IMG/VR virus record: IMGVR_UViG_3300037502_000580
Coordinates: 23,452 to 87,451 of that record
Direction: 5' to 3' (one strand)
DNA length: 64,000 nt
Origin: a virus
The position numbers and the translations under genes were made by a program. Positions 35,401 through 45,022 of this stretch are shown here, in pieces. Below the pieces are notes generated by a model. It was not told where the DNA came from, searched no databases, and saw only the letters and a program-made list of their open reading frames with translations. The first letter of the stretch is position 1; each line of letters begins with the position of its first letter.

Positions 35401-36538
35401 AAATTACTCAGTTGCCGGGTTGAACAGATTTGCGCTCAGTCCAGGCGCTTCTGACATACTTATTTTTAGTGCCGGTAATTTTGAAAATTTAGTTCCAAGT
35501 TTACGTGTAGTGTCTGCAACTACAATTCTTGTTAGTAGTTTAACGATTAAAGACCTAATTCTTTCTGGTAGCGGTGATATACGCCCATCAACTCAAAGCT
35601 CTAACGTTATTGAAGTCTATGGAAACTTGTTGGCTGAAGCAACGTGGACTGGGCAGTTTGGTGCTACAGGCGATCCGTCGTTTAACCCACCGTTCTACTA
35701 TAACAAGCTAACTTTTGTATCCACGACAGGCGTCAAGACAATTACGTCAAATGGCAAAACGATTAACGCCATCATACAGTTTAGTAGCGCCACAGGTTCA
35801 TGGCGGTTTGAAGATGCGTATACTCAATCTGTACAAAGCGACCCCAGTAGTTTTGTGCGCTATATGTATCTGGATACTGGCACTATTGACTTAAATGGGT
35901 ACACAGTAGCGGTTAATTCGTTTAGAAAATTAACAGGCACTGCCACTCTCACCTTCAACGGTGGGCGACTTTCTATCCTTGCTGATGATGTCGCTTACCC
36001 GAGTCCAGGCGCTGACTATGGGCCATGCTACATAGACTTTAATAACCTCACTCTCAACCGTGATACCGGCATTATTTCTTTTGATACTACCGGCGCTACG
36101 ACGTTCTGGGGTGGTGGGGCTGGCGCGTATCTTAACGTAGTAGCACCAAAAATCAGGGCAAACTTAAGTAGTAATGGTTTACGTATCCGAGTTTTAAGCA
36201 CACGCTTAACTATTGAAGATCTATTGCCAATTGCATCTGGAAATTCGTACTTCTTCTTTGACAATGGCTCTACTTACTACTTTGAAAATTTTACCCTGAC
36301 GCCTAGTGGCAGTAATCGAGCATTCCTCCAGTCAACCTCGCCCAGTAGTCCTTACTATTTTGTTTTAAACATCGGCGTTGCATCTGGAGATAATCTTAAC
36401 ATCCAAGATTCAAACGCAACCCCGGCTACAGCTACCTGGTTTGCAGGGGCAAATTCTGTCGATGCTGGCGGTAACACCGGCTGGATCTTTGGTACACCAG
36501 GTGTGGTAAGTAGCAACATGTTCTTGCTGCTTATGTAG
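32471..36538 (+). CDS. Large beta-helix adhesin-like receptor-binding protein
   Basis: RYWVGGTGTW N-terminus; six roughly 190-215-aa repeats with L.L.SYT...SSN.N.RSI.FGTG; AT-rich. Confidence 0.8.
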   Translation: MADRYWVGGTGTWDATVGTKWAATSGGAGGQTVPTSADNVFFDANSGAVTVTVSGNRVCLTLNATAFTGTITGTSTPSLTIYGSLLLGSGMTFDSTSGPDITFFGSAGAAINTGGKVLRGITIQKTFYLQLQSAVTCNSSTFLVQGTLQLLNYTFTTPALFSNYTNTRGIDFGSGSNSKIVFTGSGAVFGLTTTTGFTLSGTSSRTLEFALQANQSLNAVSNTTLYQYDIVVPSTAGNFTFSLNISSQLTYYRSLRFENATYTVAWAPSNNIVQLSGNLFIGGPNVSFTGLGTGGLRFGTNISASITTNGNITPFILSIGISGNASSGTITLADSLTNTATVTLNAGTLALSSYTLTMSNFSSSNTTTRSISFGTGKIVMSQAPSTGTYWNTTTATNLTLTGSKAIEFVPPNSGITATYSVGTGFNDTNAPNGTIVSGGTGTISPFGSYVNFTAKDFGYTVAATTIGVAGNLLIEGTNPIFNSGGTFSFFGTGSGTNTINTGGETTTWNLNFVQAITKTYRFDSDYISAAGNTTTLTLTTGIVSLQSYTVNINNFSSNNTNTRSINFGTGKIVINNNNIASNTIWNMTSSSLFTSSGSRLVEVFAPTVPATKDMVMGTNVAEANTLNVSVVASGTGGQLRIQGRVNNLSFINTAYTLGFGPSVYGNIFFSGTGPSVTGFSLQTIASSGTKTITTNGVTLGILTISNSISASTQLIDALTTVSNLSLDQGILDLQSYTLTAATFQSSNSNVRSVNFGTGKIVLTSTLTAGVVGMYTSTNFTSSGTRLIEALTGGSGGRTLAFGTGVTEANTLNLSIVLGASPGGGSFLVTGRINNFNASASAVMAVNFDPVVYGDFFFDSSVLFNAGGTSTTTFAATSGTKSITTSGVTMQCGVDFNGVGGTWQLQSALTVGTAHRMTLTAGAVDLNDYSCSVGSYTLASNSNVKSIDFGTSEIFITDSLGYSINANTALNIPSAGYTNYSVAGLNRFALSPGASDILIFSAGNFENLVPSLRVVSATTILVSSLTIKDLILSGSGDIRPSTQSSNVIEVYGNLLAEATWTGQFGATGDPSFNPPFYYNKLTFVSTTGVKTITSNGKTINAIIQFSSATGSWRFEDAYTQSVQSDPSSFVRYMYLDTGTIDLNGYTVAVNSFRKLTGTATLTFNGGRLSILADDVAYPSPGADYGPCYIDFNNLTLNRDTGIISFDTTGATTFWGGGAGAYLNVVAPKIRANLSSNGLRIRVLSTRLTIEDLLPIASGNSYFFFDNGSTYYFENFTLTPSGSNRAFLQSTSPSSPYYFVLNIGVASGDNLNIQDSNATPATATWFAGANSVDAGGNTGWIFGTPGVVSSNMFLLLM

Positions 36539-36583
36539 CCTTCGGGTATATTGACACAACTTCTTCTTGTTCTGGAGTAACTT

Positions 36584-38521
36584 ATGGCAAGTTCATACAG
36601 CCCACTAAAAGTCGAACTTATCGGTACCGGCGAGCAAGCTGGTACCTGGGGTACGACAACCAACACGAACTTAGGCACAGCGTTAGAAGAAGCGATCACA
36701 GGCCGTGCTACGGCTACGTTTCCCACAGATGCTAACTATACGCTGCCCTATACCGATAGTAATAGTTCGCAGGTCTTTCGTAATCTCGTCCTGAATGTAA
36801 CCTCTTCAGCTAATCTGGGGGCTACAAGAGACTTAATAATTCCCGCTATTGAAAAGCAATATATCGTTGAGAATAATACTTCCGGTAGCCAAAGCATTCG
36901 CATTAAAACTTCTGCTGGTACAGGTGTAACTATCTCAAATGGTAGAACCGCACACGTCTACTGTGATGGCACCAATACACGGTTTGCTGATGATCTTGTA
37001 GATATTAATGGTGGATCTATTGACGGCACGCCTATCGGTGCTTCTGCTACTTCAACCGGTGCCTTTACTACTGTAAACGCAACATCTGTAACAGCAACCA
37101 CTGTTAACACAACCAACCTTAACTTAACCTCTCCTTTGGGGGTCACATCTGGTGGTACGGGACTGGCAACTGCGACACAGGGCGATATTCTTTATTCTTC
37201 TGCTAGTAATACCTATGTTGCCTTACCCAAAAATACAACTGCTACCCGGTATCTTGCTAATACTGGCACGAGTAATAATCCGGCATGGTCACAGGTTGAT
37301 TTAACAAACGGCGTAACTGGAAACCTGCCTGTTACAAATGGTGGTACAAATTTAAACACCGTAGCACAGGGCGACATCCTCTACGCCTCGGCAACTAATA
37401 CTTTTCTTGCGCTGCCTAAGAACACTACTGCAACACGCTATCTCTCCAATACCGGCACTAGCAACAACCCTGCTTGGTCGCAGATCGATCTCACAAATGG
37501 TGTGACAGGAACCCTACCCGTTAATCGTGGGGGTACTGGCGTAGCTTCTGTAACGGCTGGTGCGTTATTACTCGGTGCTGGTACAAGTGCTTTTACTACC
37601 CTTACTGGTACGGTGACGGGTCAAGTTGTTTCTTGGAATAACACTTCTGCTACCTGGGAAGTTGGCACGGTAGCTTCTTCGGGAGTTACATCATTTAGCG
37701 CTGGCACGACAGGCTTTACACCCAGTACAGGCACGACAGGTGCAGTAACTCTTGCTGGCACATTAAATGTGGCAAACGGTGGTACCGGTCAGACTTCCTA
37801 TACCAACGGACAACTTCTTATTGGCAACACTACTGGTAATACACTTACTAAATCTACGTTAACTGCTGGTACGGGAATTAGCATTACGAACGGTGCTGGG
37901 TCAATAACAATTGCGTCTACTGTAACTTCCGGTGGTGTTAACGGACAAGTTTTTACTGGAAACGGTACTTTTACTATTCCAGCAAATGTTACTAGGCTTA
38001 AAGTCACGGTAGTCGGTGGAGGTGGAGGTGGTGGTGCGTTTTATAACTCAGGATGCAGTACGTCTATGGGTGGTGGTGGAGGCGGTGGGGGTGCCGCAAT
38101 TAAATGGCTATCTGGGTTAACTCCTGGTAGTACACTTTCTGTAACGGTAGGTGCTGGAGGCTCTGGCGGTAGCTCTGGAAACACATCATCTGTTGCGTCT
38201 GGAACACAAACTATAACCACTGTTTCTGCAACTGGAGGTGCCGCAGGGGGTGCTGGATTTTTTGGAAGCGGTTTTGGTGGTGCTGGCGGTTTAGGGTCAA
38301 ATGGAGATTTGAATATTGGTGGGTCTGCTGGAAGTCCAGGTATGAATGTAGCCCCACAAACTAATGGTACAGGGGGTTCTTCTATACTTGGGGGTGGTGG
38401 TGTTGCAACTCAAGGCTCAGGATCTACTGGACGACCGTATGGTGGTGGTGCGTCAGGTGGTGGAAGTTTTCCCTCCCCTGATGGGGTCGGGGCAGCTGGT
38501 GTAGTAATTTTTGAATGGTGA
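36584..38521 (+). CDS. Tail fibre with C-terminal glycine-rich domain
   Basis: TGEQAGTWGTTTNTN N-terminus; LPVxxGGTG repeats; FTIP..V..LKVTVVGGGGGG Gly-rich domain. Confidence 0.85.
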   Translation: MASSYSPLKVELIGTGEQAGTWGTTTNTNLGTALEEAITGRATATFPTDANYTLPYTDSNSSQVFRNLVLNVTSSANLGATRDLIIPAIEKQYIVENNTSGSQSIRIKTSAGTGVTISNGRTAHVYCDGTNTRFADDLVDINGGSIDGTPIGASATSTGAFTTVNATSVTATTVNTTNLNLTSPLGVTSGGTGLATATQGDILYSSASNTYVALPKNTTATRYLANTGTSNNPAWSQVDLTNGVTGNLPVTNGGTNLNTVAQGDILYASATNTFLALPKNTTATRYLSNTGTSNNPAWSQIDLTNGVTGTLPVNRGGTGVASVTAGALLLGAGTSAFTTLTGTVTGQVVSWNNTSATWEVGTVASSGVTSFSAGTTGFTPSTGTTGAVTLAGTLNVANGGTGQTSYTNGQLLIGNTTGNTLTKSTLTAGTGISITNGAGSITIASTVTSGGVNGQVFTGNGTFTIPANVTRLKVTVVGGGGGGGAFYNSGCSTSMGGGGGGGGAAIKWLSGLTPGSTLSVTVGAGGSGGSSGNTSSVASGTQTITTVSATGGAAGGAGFFGSGFGGAGGLGSNGDLNIGGSAGSPGMNVAPQTNGTGGSSILGGGGVATQGSGSTGRPYGGGASGGGSFPSPDGVGAAGVVIFEW

Positions 38522-38525
38522 CAAT

Positions 38526-38756
38526 ATGAAAGCACTTATAGCGACAAATGAACCTAGAGAGACTGGCTATCGTGTAGCTGAAGTTGACCCTCAAGAGACT
38601 TTCCATGCGGATATGCCGCTCTTCTGGACTGACTGCCCAGACTATGTAGTGGCGGATCGTTACTGGTATAACCCAGTAGACCAACAGTTTGTTAAGTTCC
38701 CAGAGCCAGAACCCCCTGTAACACAACCACAGACCACTGGTACTCAAGATCTATGA
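38526..38756 (+). CDS. Probable fibre assembly/accessory protein
   Basis: RVAEV...F...PLFWTDCPD; directly follows the fibre gene. Confidence 0.6.
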   Translation: MKALIATNEPRETGYRVAEVDPQETFHADMPLFWTDCPDYVVADRYWYNPVDQQFVKFPEPEPPVTQPQTTGTQDL

Positions 38757-39031
38757 ACGCTGTAAACCCCACCCATTCGTTTTCATACGCAGGCGCTATG
38801 GTAAATGTATATCACGCTAACAAGGGTCAGGGTTTACCAAAGCACGAACATCTGTACGCTCACGCCACACTATGCACATCAGGCTCCTGCATCATCAGAA
38901 AAGAGACTGTAGAGAAGGTCATCACTAAAGATGATGGTGCGTTTAACCTCCTAGCAAAGCAATGGCATGAGATAGAAGCACTGGAAGATGGAACTGTTTT
39001 TATCAATATCTTTGATGCAAAGTATCAATAG
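38753..39031 (+). CDS. Cupin-fold protein
   Basis: GLPKHEHLYAHAT...WHEIEALEDGTVF. Confidence 0.8.
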   Translation: MNAVNPTHSFSYAGAMVNVYHANKGQGLPKHEHLYAHATLCTSGSCIIRKETVEKVITKDDGAFNLLAKQWHEIEALEDGTVFINIFDAKYQ

Positions 39032-39038
39032 GTGACCT

Positions 39039-39452
39039 ATGAATACCGACATCGAACTGTTAAAGATTCAGGCTCAGATCGAGCTTGACAAGTTAGAGGC
39101 CCAAGCCGCTGCCAAGGATGTTGCGGGTAAAGCGATTGGTAAGCACGGGCTACCCTACATCACTGCCATAGTAGTCATCGGTGTTGTTGCCAGCATCTTC
39201 TTGGATGAAAGCAAGATGGCTGCGGTCATGGGCCTACTCGGTGCTTCACTCACCGCCTTGATCTCTATGCTTAACGGCATTGCTGGCACGGCACCGAAAC
39301 AAGAGCGCCCAGAGTTTGAAGTCATCAAGACCCTTATCGACAGGTTAGACAAGCTGGCAGACAAAGCCGAGCCTATGGCAGTTACGGTAGATGGCGAGCG
39401 GGTAATAGTACGGAAAGGTGACGATGTAGTTACGACCGGAAAGGGAAAGTGA
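39039..39452 (+). CDS. Two-TM membrane protein (lysis cassette)
   Basis: Two hydrophobic helices; upstream of holin-like gene. Confidence 0.65.
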   Translation: MNTDIELLKIQAQIELDKLEAQAAAKDVAGKAIGKHGLPYITAIVVIGVVASIFLDESKMAAVMGLLGASLTALISMLNGIAGTAPKQERPEFEVIKTLIDRLDKLADKAEPMAVTVDGERVIVRKGDDVVTTGKGK

Positions 39453-39889
39453 TGCTACCCATTGCCGCACTGCTGTCTATCGGAGAAAAGGTACTCGATA
39501 AGGTACTTCCCGATCCCCAGGCCAAAGCCGAAGCCCAGGCCAAACTCATGGAGATGGCACAGAAGGGGCAGCTGGCTGAACTGGAGTTCATGGCTAAAGA
39601 GATGGACTCAGCCAGACGGCGGGAGATTGAGATTGCGGTATCGGCTAATGCGCCCTTCATCAGCAAGGTAGTGACGCCTATCCTGGCGCTAGGCACGGTT
39701 GGCCTGACCTTTATCCTCTTTACCGTCATCATTTTTGTAGATGTCAACGCCCAATCTAAAGACATTCTGGTCTACGTGCTGGGCGGTCTTACCTCTGCCA
39801 TGACTATGGTGCTTGGGTACTACTTCGGTAGTTCTGCTGGTAGTAAAGAGAAAACTAAACAGATTGACGATCTGCTTGAGAAGAAATGA
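39449..39889 (+). CDS. Holin-like protein (GTA-type 3TM holin-like)
   Basis: DKVLPDP..KAEAQ..L, SARRRE, TM helices, YYFGSS. Confidence 0.7.
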   Translation: MMLPIAALLSIGEKVLDKVLPDPQAKAEAQAKLMEMAQKGQLAELEFMAKEMDSARRREIEIAVSANAPFISKVVTPILALGTVGLTFILFTVIIFVDVNAQSKDILVYVLGGLTSAMTMVLGYYFGSSAGSKEKTKQIDDLLEKK

Positions 39890-39896
39890 CTTGGTT

Positions 39897-39998
39897 TGAC
39901 AAGATTCTGTACATGACGGATAAGGAATGACAAGATTCTGTACATGACGGATAAGGAATGACAAGATTCTGGCTATAACAGATAAGGAATGACAAGAT
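39897..39998 (+). repeat. 31-bp tandem repeat x3.3
   Basis: TGACAAGATTCTGTACATGACGGATAAGGAA x2, a diverged third copy and a partial fourth. Confidence 0.95.
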
Positions 39999-39999
39999 A

Positions 40000-40467
40000 A
40001 TGACCCAACTGACCAAGAACTTCAGCCTAGCCGAGATGGCCAAAAGTGAGACGGCGTTGCGTCATGGTCTTGAGAACAACCCTGGCCCAGATGAACTAAA
40101 CAACTTGCTGAACCTCTGCGCCAACGTATTGCAGCCTATCCGTGACCACTATCAGAAGGGTGTCAAGGTCAACTCGGGCTATCGCTCGCCAGACGTAAAT
40201 GCTAAAGTGGGCGGGTCGAGAACCTCGGATCACTGCCGGGGAATGGCTGCTGACATTGAGATACCGGGGGTGCCAAATGCAGAGCTTGCTGCTTATATTA
40301 GAGACAACCTGGCTTACACACAGCTTATTCTGGAATTCTATACTCCTGGTGTACCTGACAGTGGTTGGGTTCATGTTAGTTACGATGACAAAGATCTGAA
40401 GAAACAGGTCTTGACCGCAACCCGTAAAGACGGCAAAACCGTATATCTGCCTGGACTGGTAGCCTAA
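40000..40467 (+). CDS. Endolysin, peptidase M15A family
   Basis: NFSLAE, SGYRS..N..VGG..S.H..G.AADI, WVHVS. Confidence 0.9.
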   Translation: MTQLTKNFSLAEMAKSETALRHGLENNPGPDELNNLLNLCANVLQPIRDHYQKGVKVNSGYRSPDVNAKVGGSRTSDHCRGMAADIEIPGVPNAELAAYIRDNLAYTQLILEFYTPGVPDSGWVHVSYDDKDLKKQVLTATRKDGKTVYLPGLVA

Positions 40468-40468
40468 T

Positions 40469-42598
40469 ATGGCGTTTATAAAGCTAATATTTAAGCCGGG
40501 GGTAAACCGAGACACTACCAACTACGCTAACGAAGGCGGGTGGTATGAGTGCGATAAAGTTCGGTTTTACTCAGGTTATCCACAGAAGTTAGGTGGTTGG
40601 GTCAAGTACGCGCCTGAGACCTTTATCGGCGTCTGCCGTCAGATGTGGAATTGGTTCACGTCGTTTACTGATGACCTGATGGCTATTGGCACAGACAAAA
40701 AGCTCTATATTGAGACTGCTGCCCAGTACTACGACATCACGCCTATACGAGCCACGTTCATAAGCCCTGCTACTAATAACTGTGTTGAGACGGGCTTTAG
40801 CGGTACTGGCAGTATTTCAGGCACGGTACTTACCATTTCTGGCGTTACCTCAGGCGCTTTGGCTATTGGTAGTGTGATTACCACTGGCGCTTCTGCTGGT
40901 ACGACAATTGTTGCCTTTCTTACCGGCCTGGGTGGTACAGGCACTTATCAGGTAAACAACTCACAGACTGTCGGTTCTACGGCGATTGCTGTTGCCGCGT
41001 CTACTACGGTCACATTTGGGGTGGCTACGCATGGATGTCAGGTTGGTGACTACATCACAGTTTCAGGCGTTACAGGTACCGTAGGCGGTGTACCTAATGC
41101 AGATCTCAATAAAGAGCTTGTTGTCACGCAGGTCATCGACGCTAATAACTTTACGGTTGTAGTGGCTACCGCTTCTACTTCAGTGGCTACAGGTGGTGGT
41201 ACGGGCATAACTATCGTTTGCCAAATTAGTGTTGGTTTTTCAACGCAGACCGCAGGTTATGGTTGGGGTACAGGTGGCTGGGGTAGCGTTGGCTGGGGTT
41301 TGTCTTCTGCTCAACCAGTGTACTTGCCGCAGCGGGATTGGTTTTTTGACAACTTCAATAACGATCTTGTTGCTAACATTCGTGCTAATACGGCAGGGTC
41401 TGGCGCTGCTCTTGGTGGGCCTATTTACTACTGGGAGCGTGGTACATCTGTTAACCCGTCTACAGCTCTAGATACCCCGGCGGTACTTTTGTCGTCTTTA
41501 TCAGGCGCTGATTCTGTGCCTGTGACCGCTGGGCAAATTCTTGTTTCGCAGAACGATAAGCATCTTTTGGCATTTGGTTGCCAGCCTTATGGGGGTACTG
41601 CTTCTGATTACGATCCGTTGCTTATTCGGTGGGCCAGCCAAGATGAACCTATGTATTGGAATCCGCTAGGCACAACGCCTAATAGTTTGCCGAGTTCTGC
41701 TGGGTTCTTACGTGTATCCCGTGGCTCACGGATCATTCGTGCTATACCTACTCGCCAAGAGACCGTAGTCTTTACTGACACGCACGTTTACTCACTGCAG
41801 TTCTTAGGCACCACGGAAGTCTTTGGCCTGCAAGAACTGTCTGACAGCATCTCAATCATGTCGCCTCGTGCGCCGACATCGGTAAACAACGTGGTCTTTT
41901 GGATGGGTACCGATAAGTTCTATATGTACGACGGTCGTGTACAAGTTCTGCCATGCACGCTTCGTGAGTATGTCTTTAAAGACATAAACCTAGCCCAGTC
42001 TGACCAGGTTATTTCTGGTACGAACGAGAGCTATAACGAAGTCTGGTGGTACTACTGCAGTGCTGGTTCTTCTTTTGTAGATCGTTACATTATTTTTAAT
42101 TACTTAGATCAACTCTGGTACTACGGCAATCTTGAGCGCACAGCATGGCTCGATAAGGCATCTTCCGGTAAACCTTTAGCTGCTGAATATGACCCAGCTA
42201 CAGGTAATTCCTATCTTTATCAGCACGAAACCGGCGTAGACGCTGACGGTGCGCCTATGGAAGCCTACATCCAGTCTTCTGACTTTGACATCGGTGACGG
42301 CGAGAAGTTTATGCTTACCCGTCGTATGATCCCCGACATAAACTTTGTATCGTCTACGGCACAGAATCCTGAAGTTGACTTAACTGTACGCCCAAGAAAC
42401 TGGCCTGGGTCTAATTTCACCAACGACCCTTCTGACACACAGCGGGTGATCCAGACTTCTGTTAGCCAATATACAAATCAGATTTTCGTTCGGGCACGCG
42501 CTAGGCAGTTAGCCATCAAAGTCGCATCTGATGATCTAGGTGTGTTCTGGCAGTTAGGTGCCTTGCGTCTGGATGCTAGAGAGGATGGTAAGCAGTAA
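40469..42598 (+). CDS. Tail nozzle/DNA stabilisation protein (P22 gp10-like)
   Basis: Size and position before ejection genes; beta-propeller-like motifs; inserted beta domain. Confidence 0.65.
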   Translation: MAFIKLIFKPGVNRDTTNYANEGGWYECDKVRFYSGYPQKLGGWVKYAPETFIGVCRQMWNWFTSFTDDLMAIGTDKKLYIETAAQYYDITPIRATFISPATNNCVETGFSGTGSISGTVLTISGVTSGALAIGSVITTGASAGTTIVAFLTGLGGTGTYQVNNSQTVGSTAIAVAASTTVTFGVATHGCQVGDYITVSGVTGTVGGVPNADLNKELVVTQVIDANNFTVVVATASTSVATGGGTGITIVCQISVGFSTQTAGYGWGTGGWGSVGWGLSSAQPVYLPQRDWFFDNFNNDLVANIRANTAGSGAALGGPIYYWERGTSVNPSTALDTPAVLLSSLSGADSVPVTAGQILVSQNDKHLLAFGCQPYGGTASDYDPLLIRWASQDEPMYWNPLGTTPNSLPSSAGFLRVSRGSRIIRAIPTRQETVVFTDTHVYSLQFLGTTEVFGLQELSDSISIMSPRAPTSVNNVVFWMGTDKFYMYDGRVQVLPCTLREYVFKDINLAQSDQVISGTNESYNEVWWYYCSAGSSFVDRYIIFNYLDQLWYYGNLERTAWLDKASSGKPLAAEYDPATGNSYLYQHETGVDADGAPMEAYIQSSDFDIGDGEKFMLTRRMIPDINFVSSTAQNPEVDLTVRPRNWPGSNFTNDPSDTQRVIQTSVSQYTNQIFVRARARQLAIKVASDDLGVFWQLGALRLDAREDGKQ

Positions 42599-43273
42599 AT
42601 GGGGATGGTCAAGTTCAAGTCCCCTGCGCTACCGCTCCCCCGTGAGTTGTACGATAGGCAGTACTTTGATCAGTTTATTCGTGTCCTTACGCTCTACTTC
42701 AACCAGCTAGACTCAACAACGCCGCTCCAGAATGACTACTACGTTGGCGGTGGCTGGTTTTTAACTAACCCGCACATCTCTGCTTCTGATTCTACCGATC
42801 AGATTGCTGGCGGCAATAACACGCCTACGATTGTAGAGTGGAACACGTTAGATTCTAGTTTTGGCTGGACGCTGGCTGCACCGGGCACTGCTACTGCTGG
42901 GTACGCTGGATTCTATAAGATCACATACAGTCTGCAGTTCATTAATACTGCTAATGCCGTTCACTACGCTACAGTCTGGCTCAAGGTTAATAACAACGAC
43001 GTGCCTAACTCATCAACAATCTTTACTATTCCGGCTAGAAAAAGCTCTAGCCCTGGCGAAGAAGGCTATCTTGCAGCTTACTCTGAAATTTCATTTAATA
43101 TGAATGTTGGGGATGAGGTAGAGCTTTACTGGGCTACAGATCAGGCAGGTGACCCTACGGTGCCGACTACTGGTGTTTATATTTTCCACGATGCTGCCCA
43201 GACAACTCCCTTTGCTAGACCTGCGATACCGTCTGCCATCGGGTCAATTACTTTTGTCTCGGCCCTTTCCTGA
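42599..43273 (+). CDS. Tail needle/knob-like protein
   Basis: N-terminal helix then C1q-like beta domain (GFYKITYSLQ...GDEVELYW). Confidence 0.5.
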   Translation: MGMVKFKSPALPLPRELYDRQYFDQFIRVLTLYFNQLDSTTPLQNDYYVGGGWFLTNPHISASDSTDQIAGGNNTPTIVEWNTLDSSFGWTLAAPGTATAGYAGFYKITYSLQFINTANAVHYATVWLKVNNNDVPNSSTIFTIPARKSSSPGEEGYLAAYSEISFNMNVGDEVELYWATDQAGDPTVPTTGVYIFHDAAQTTPFARPAIPSAIGSITFVSALS

Positions 43274-43300
43274 ATCTTGATTAAACTCTAAAATACTGCT

Positions 43301-45022
43301 ATGAACGGACTCCCCGCCCTCGCCCAAGACTTAGCCGCCTACGGTCGCAATGGCGACTCGATGCTTGTCCACATGACCCCTGGCGAAGTACGGGGTCTAC
43401 AAGCACTGGCAACTACCCACGGTGGCTCACTCTCCGTCAACCCAGATACGGGGTTAGTAGAGGCTAACTTCTTAAAACGGATTCTTCCTGCTATAGCAGG
43501 TGCTGCTTTAGCGGCTACTGGTATCGGTGCTCCCATGGCGGGGCTTATGGTTGGTGGGTTTGAGACTATTCGCACTGGTGACCTAGGCCAAGGACTTTTG
43601 GCTGGTCTTGGCGCATTTGGTGGCGCGGGGATGGGTAACGCCTTAAGTACTGCAGGGCAAGCTAGTACCCAAGCGGCAGCGCAAACTGCGGCTGCTGGCC
43701 CTGACTTAGCTGCACAAACTACTGCAATGGGAGACATCGGTGCGGGGCAAAGTTTTTATGGCAACACGATTGGCCCAGAAATAACGCCAGCAACGCCAAC
43801 TTTTACTGAGACTGGGGCGCAATTAGCGCCTACAGCGGCACCTACAACGACGGCTACACCGGCACTAACCCCTGAGCAAATAACTGCTGGGCAACTGCCT
43901 GGAACCGCAGCTACTGGCCCCTCTAAAATAGCTGACATGGGCGCAGGGTTTGAATCTCTCGGTGCTGAGTCAGATGTTGGGCGTAGGGCGTTTATGAAGG
44001 ACATTGGTGGGTATTCTGGTTTAGCCCAGTCAACCCTTGCAACAGCAGCACCGTTTGCATACGAAGAACCAGAACCCATACCTACGCCTGAAGATCCTTA
44101 CGCTAACTATAAAGGGCCGGTAAAGCCTTCGCAGCGTAACGTTTCTTACCCGTCAGATGACTTCCGTAGGCGTAGGACTTCAGAGTTCACGTACTTTGAT
44201 CCGTCAAACCCCATACCTTACGCCGATGGTGGATCGACTATGTCGCCTCAGGCACAGGTGATGCAGAACATCGCCAACATTCAGAACCTTGCTGGAATTC
44301 CGGCAATTGGCGCAACTCTGCCTGCTACGGCACCTGCGGCTCGTTCTGGACTGGTCTACAATCCGATACAGGGAACTGCCGGTCGAGGCTTGGTCTATAA
44401 CCCAGTAGAAACTGTAGCTACGCAAGCGCCGAGAACAGAGACTAACTATGGGTTCAAGCCTGTTGAGTATGCAGATAAGCCTGACTTGACGGGGTTAGAG
44501 CTTCCTGGGCTTAGGGCAATGATAAATAAAATGTCTGGGGGAGATGGGAGCGGTATAGGGGCACAGTACGAATTTGACCGTGCTACTCAGACCTTACGCC
44601 CGTCACAAGCATACCTCGACGCTATTGCGGCACGCCGTCAACAGATTGCAGATGAACAAGCAGAAGCAGCGGCGGCTGCAGCTGCAGCAACTAATTACAT
44701 GGGTGGCGGGTTTGAAAAAGGTGGCTCTGTACCTACGCTAGAAGAAGGCGGCTTCGTCCTTACCAAGAAGGCTGTTGACGGCCTAGGTCGTGGTAGCAAC
44801 AAGCGTGGGCAGAAAGTGGCAACTCGTGGTTTAGGTGCTGTGCCAATTAAAGGGCCGGGCACCGGTACTAGCGACTCGATCCCCACGACTATTGCAGGTA
44901 AGCAACGTGCTCTAGTCTCTAATGGAGAAGCCTACGTACCCGCGAAGAAGGTCAAACAAAACGGTGGTGCCAAAGCGTTTTACAATCTTATGGCCCGTGC
45001 TGAGAAGGCTGCAAGGCGCTAA
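43301..45022 (+). CDS. Internal virion/ejection protein
   Basis: GRNGDSMLVHMTPGEV..L...S.NPDTGL.E; Gly/Ala hydrophobic stretch; GPGTGTSDSIP. Confidence 0.7.
   Translation: MNGLPALAQDLAAYGRNGDSMLVHMTPGEVRGLQALATTHGGSLSVNPDTGLVEANFLKRILPAIAGAALAATGIGAPMAGLMVGGFETIRTGDLGQGLLAGLGAFGGAGMGNALSTAGQASTQAAAQTAAAGPDLAAQTTAMGDIGAGQSFYGNTIGPEITPATPTFTETGAQLAPTAAPTTTATPALTPEQITAGQLPGTAATGPSKIADMGAGFESLGAESDVGRRAFMKDIGGYSGLAQSTLATAAPFAYEEPEPIPTPEDPYANYKGPVKPSQRNVSYPSDDFRRRRTSEFTYFDPSNPIPYADGGSTMSPQAQVMQNIANIQNLAGIPAIGATLPATAPAARSGLVYNPIQGTAGRGLVYNPVETVATQAPRTETNYGFKPVEYADKPDLTGLELPGLRAMINKMSGGDGSGIGAQYEFDRATQTLRPSQAYLDAIAARRQQIADEQAEAAAAAAAATNYMGGGFEKGGSVPTLEEGGFVLTKKAVDGLGRGSNKRGQKVATRGLGAVPIKGPGTGTSDSIPTTIAGKQRALVSNGEAYVPAKKVKQNGGAKAFYNLMARAEKAARR

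Noticed and set aside
30673-38521. Diversity-generating retroelement acting on fibre genes
   Set aside because: No reverse transcriptase in the window; the fibre duplication differs at synonymous sites, not adenine-specifically
39897-39998. 31-bp repeats as a mini-CRISPR array
   Set aside because: Units are head-to-tail with no unique spacers; the first two are identical
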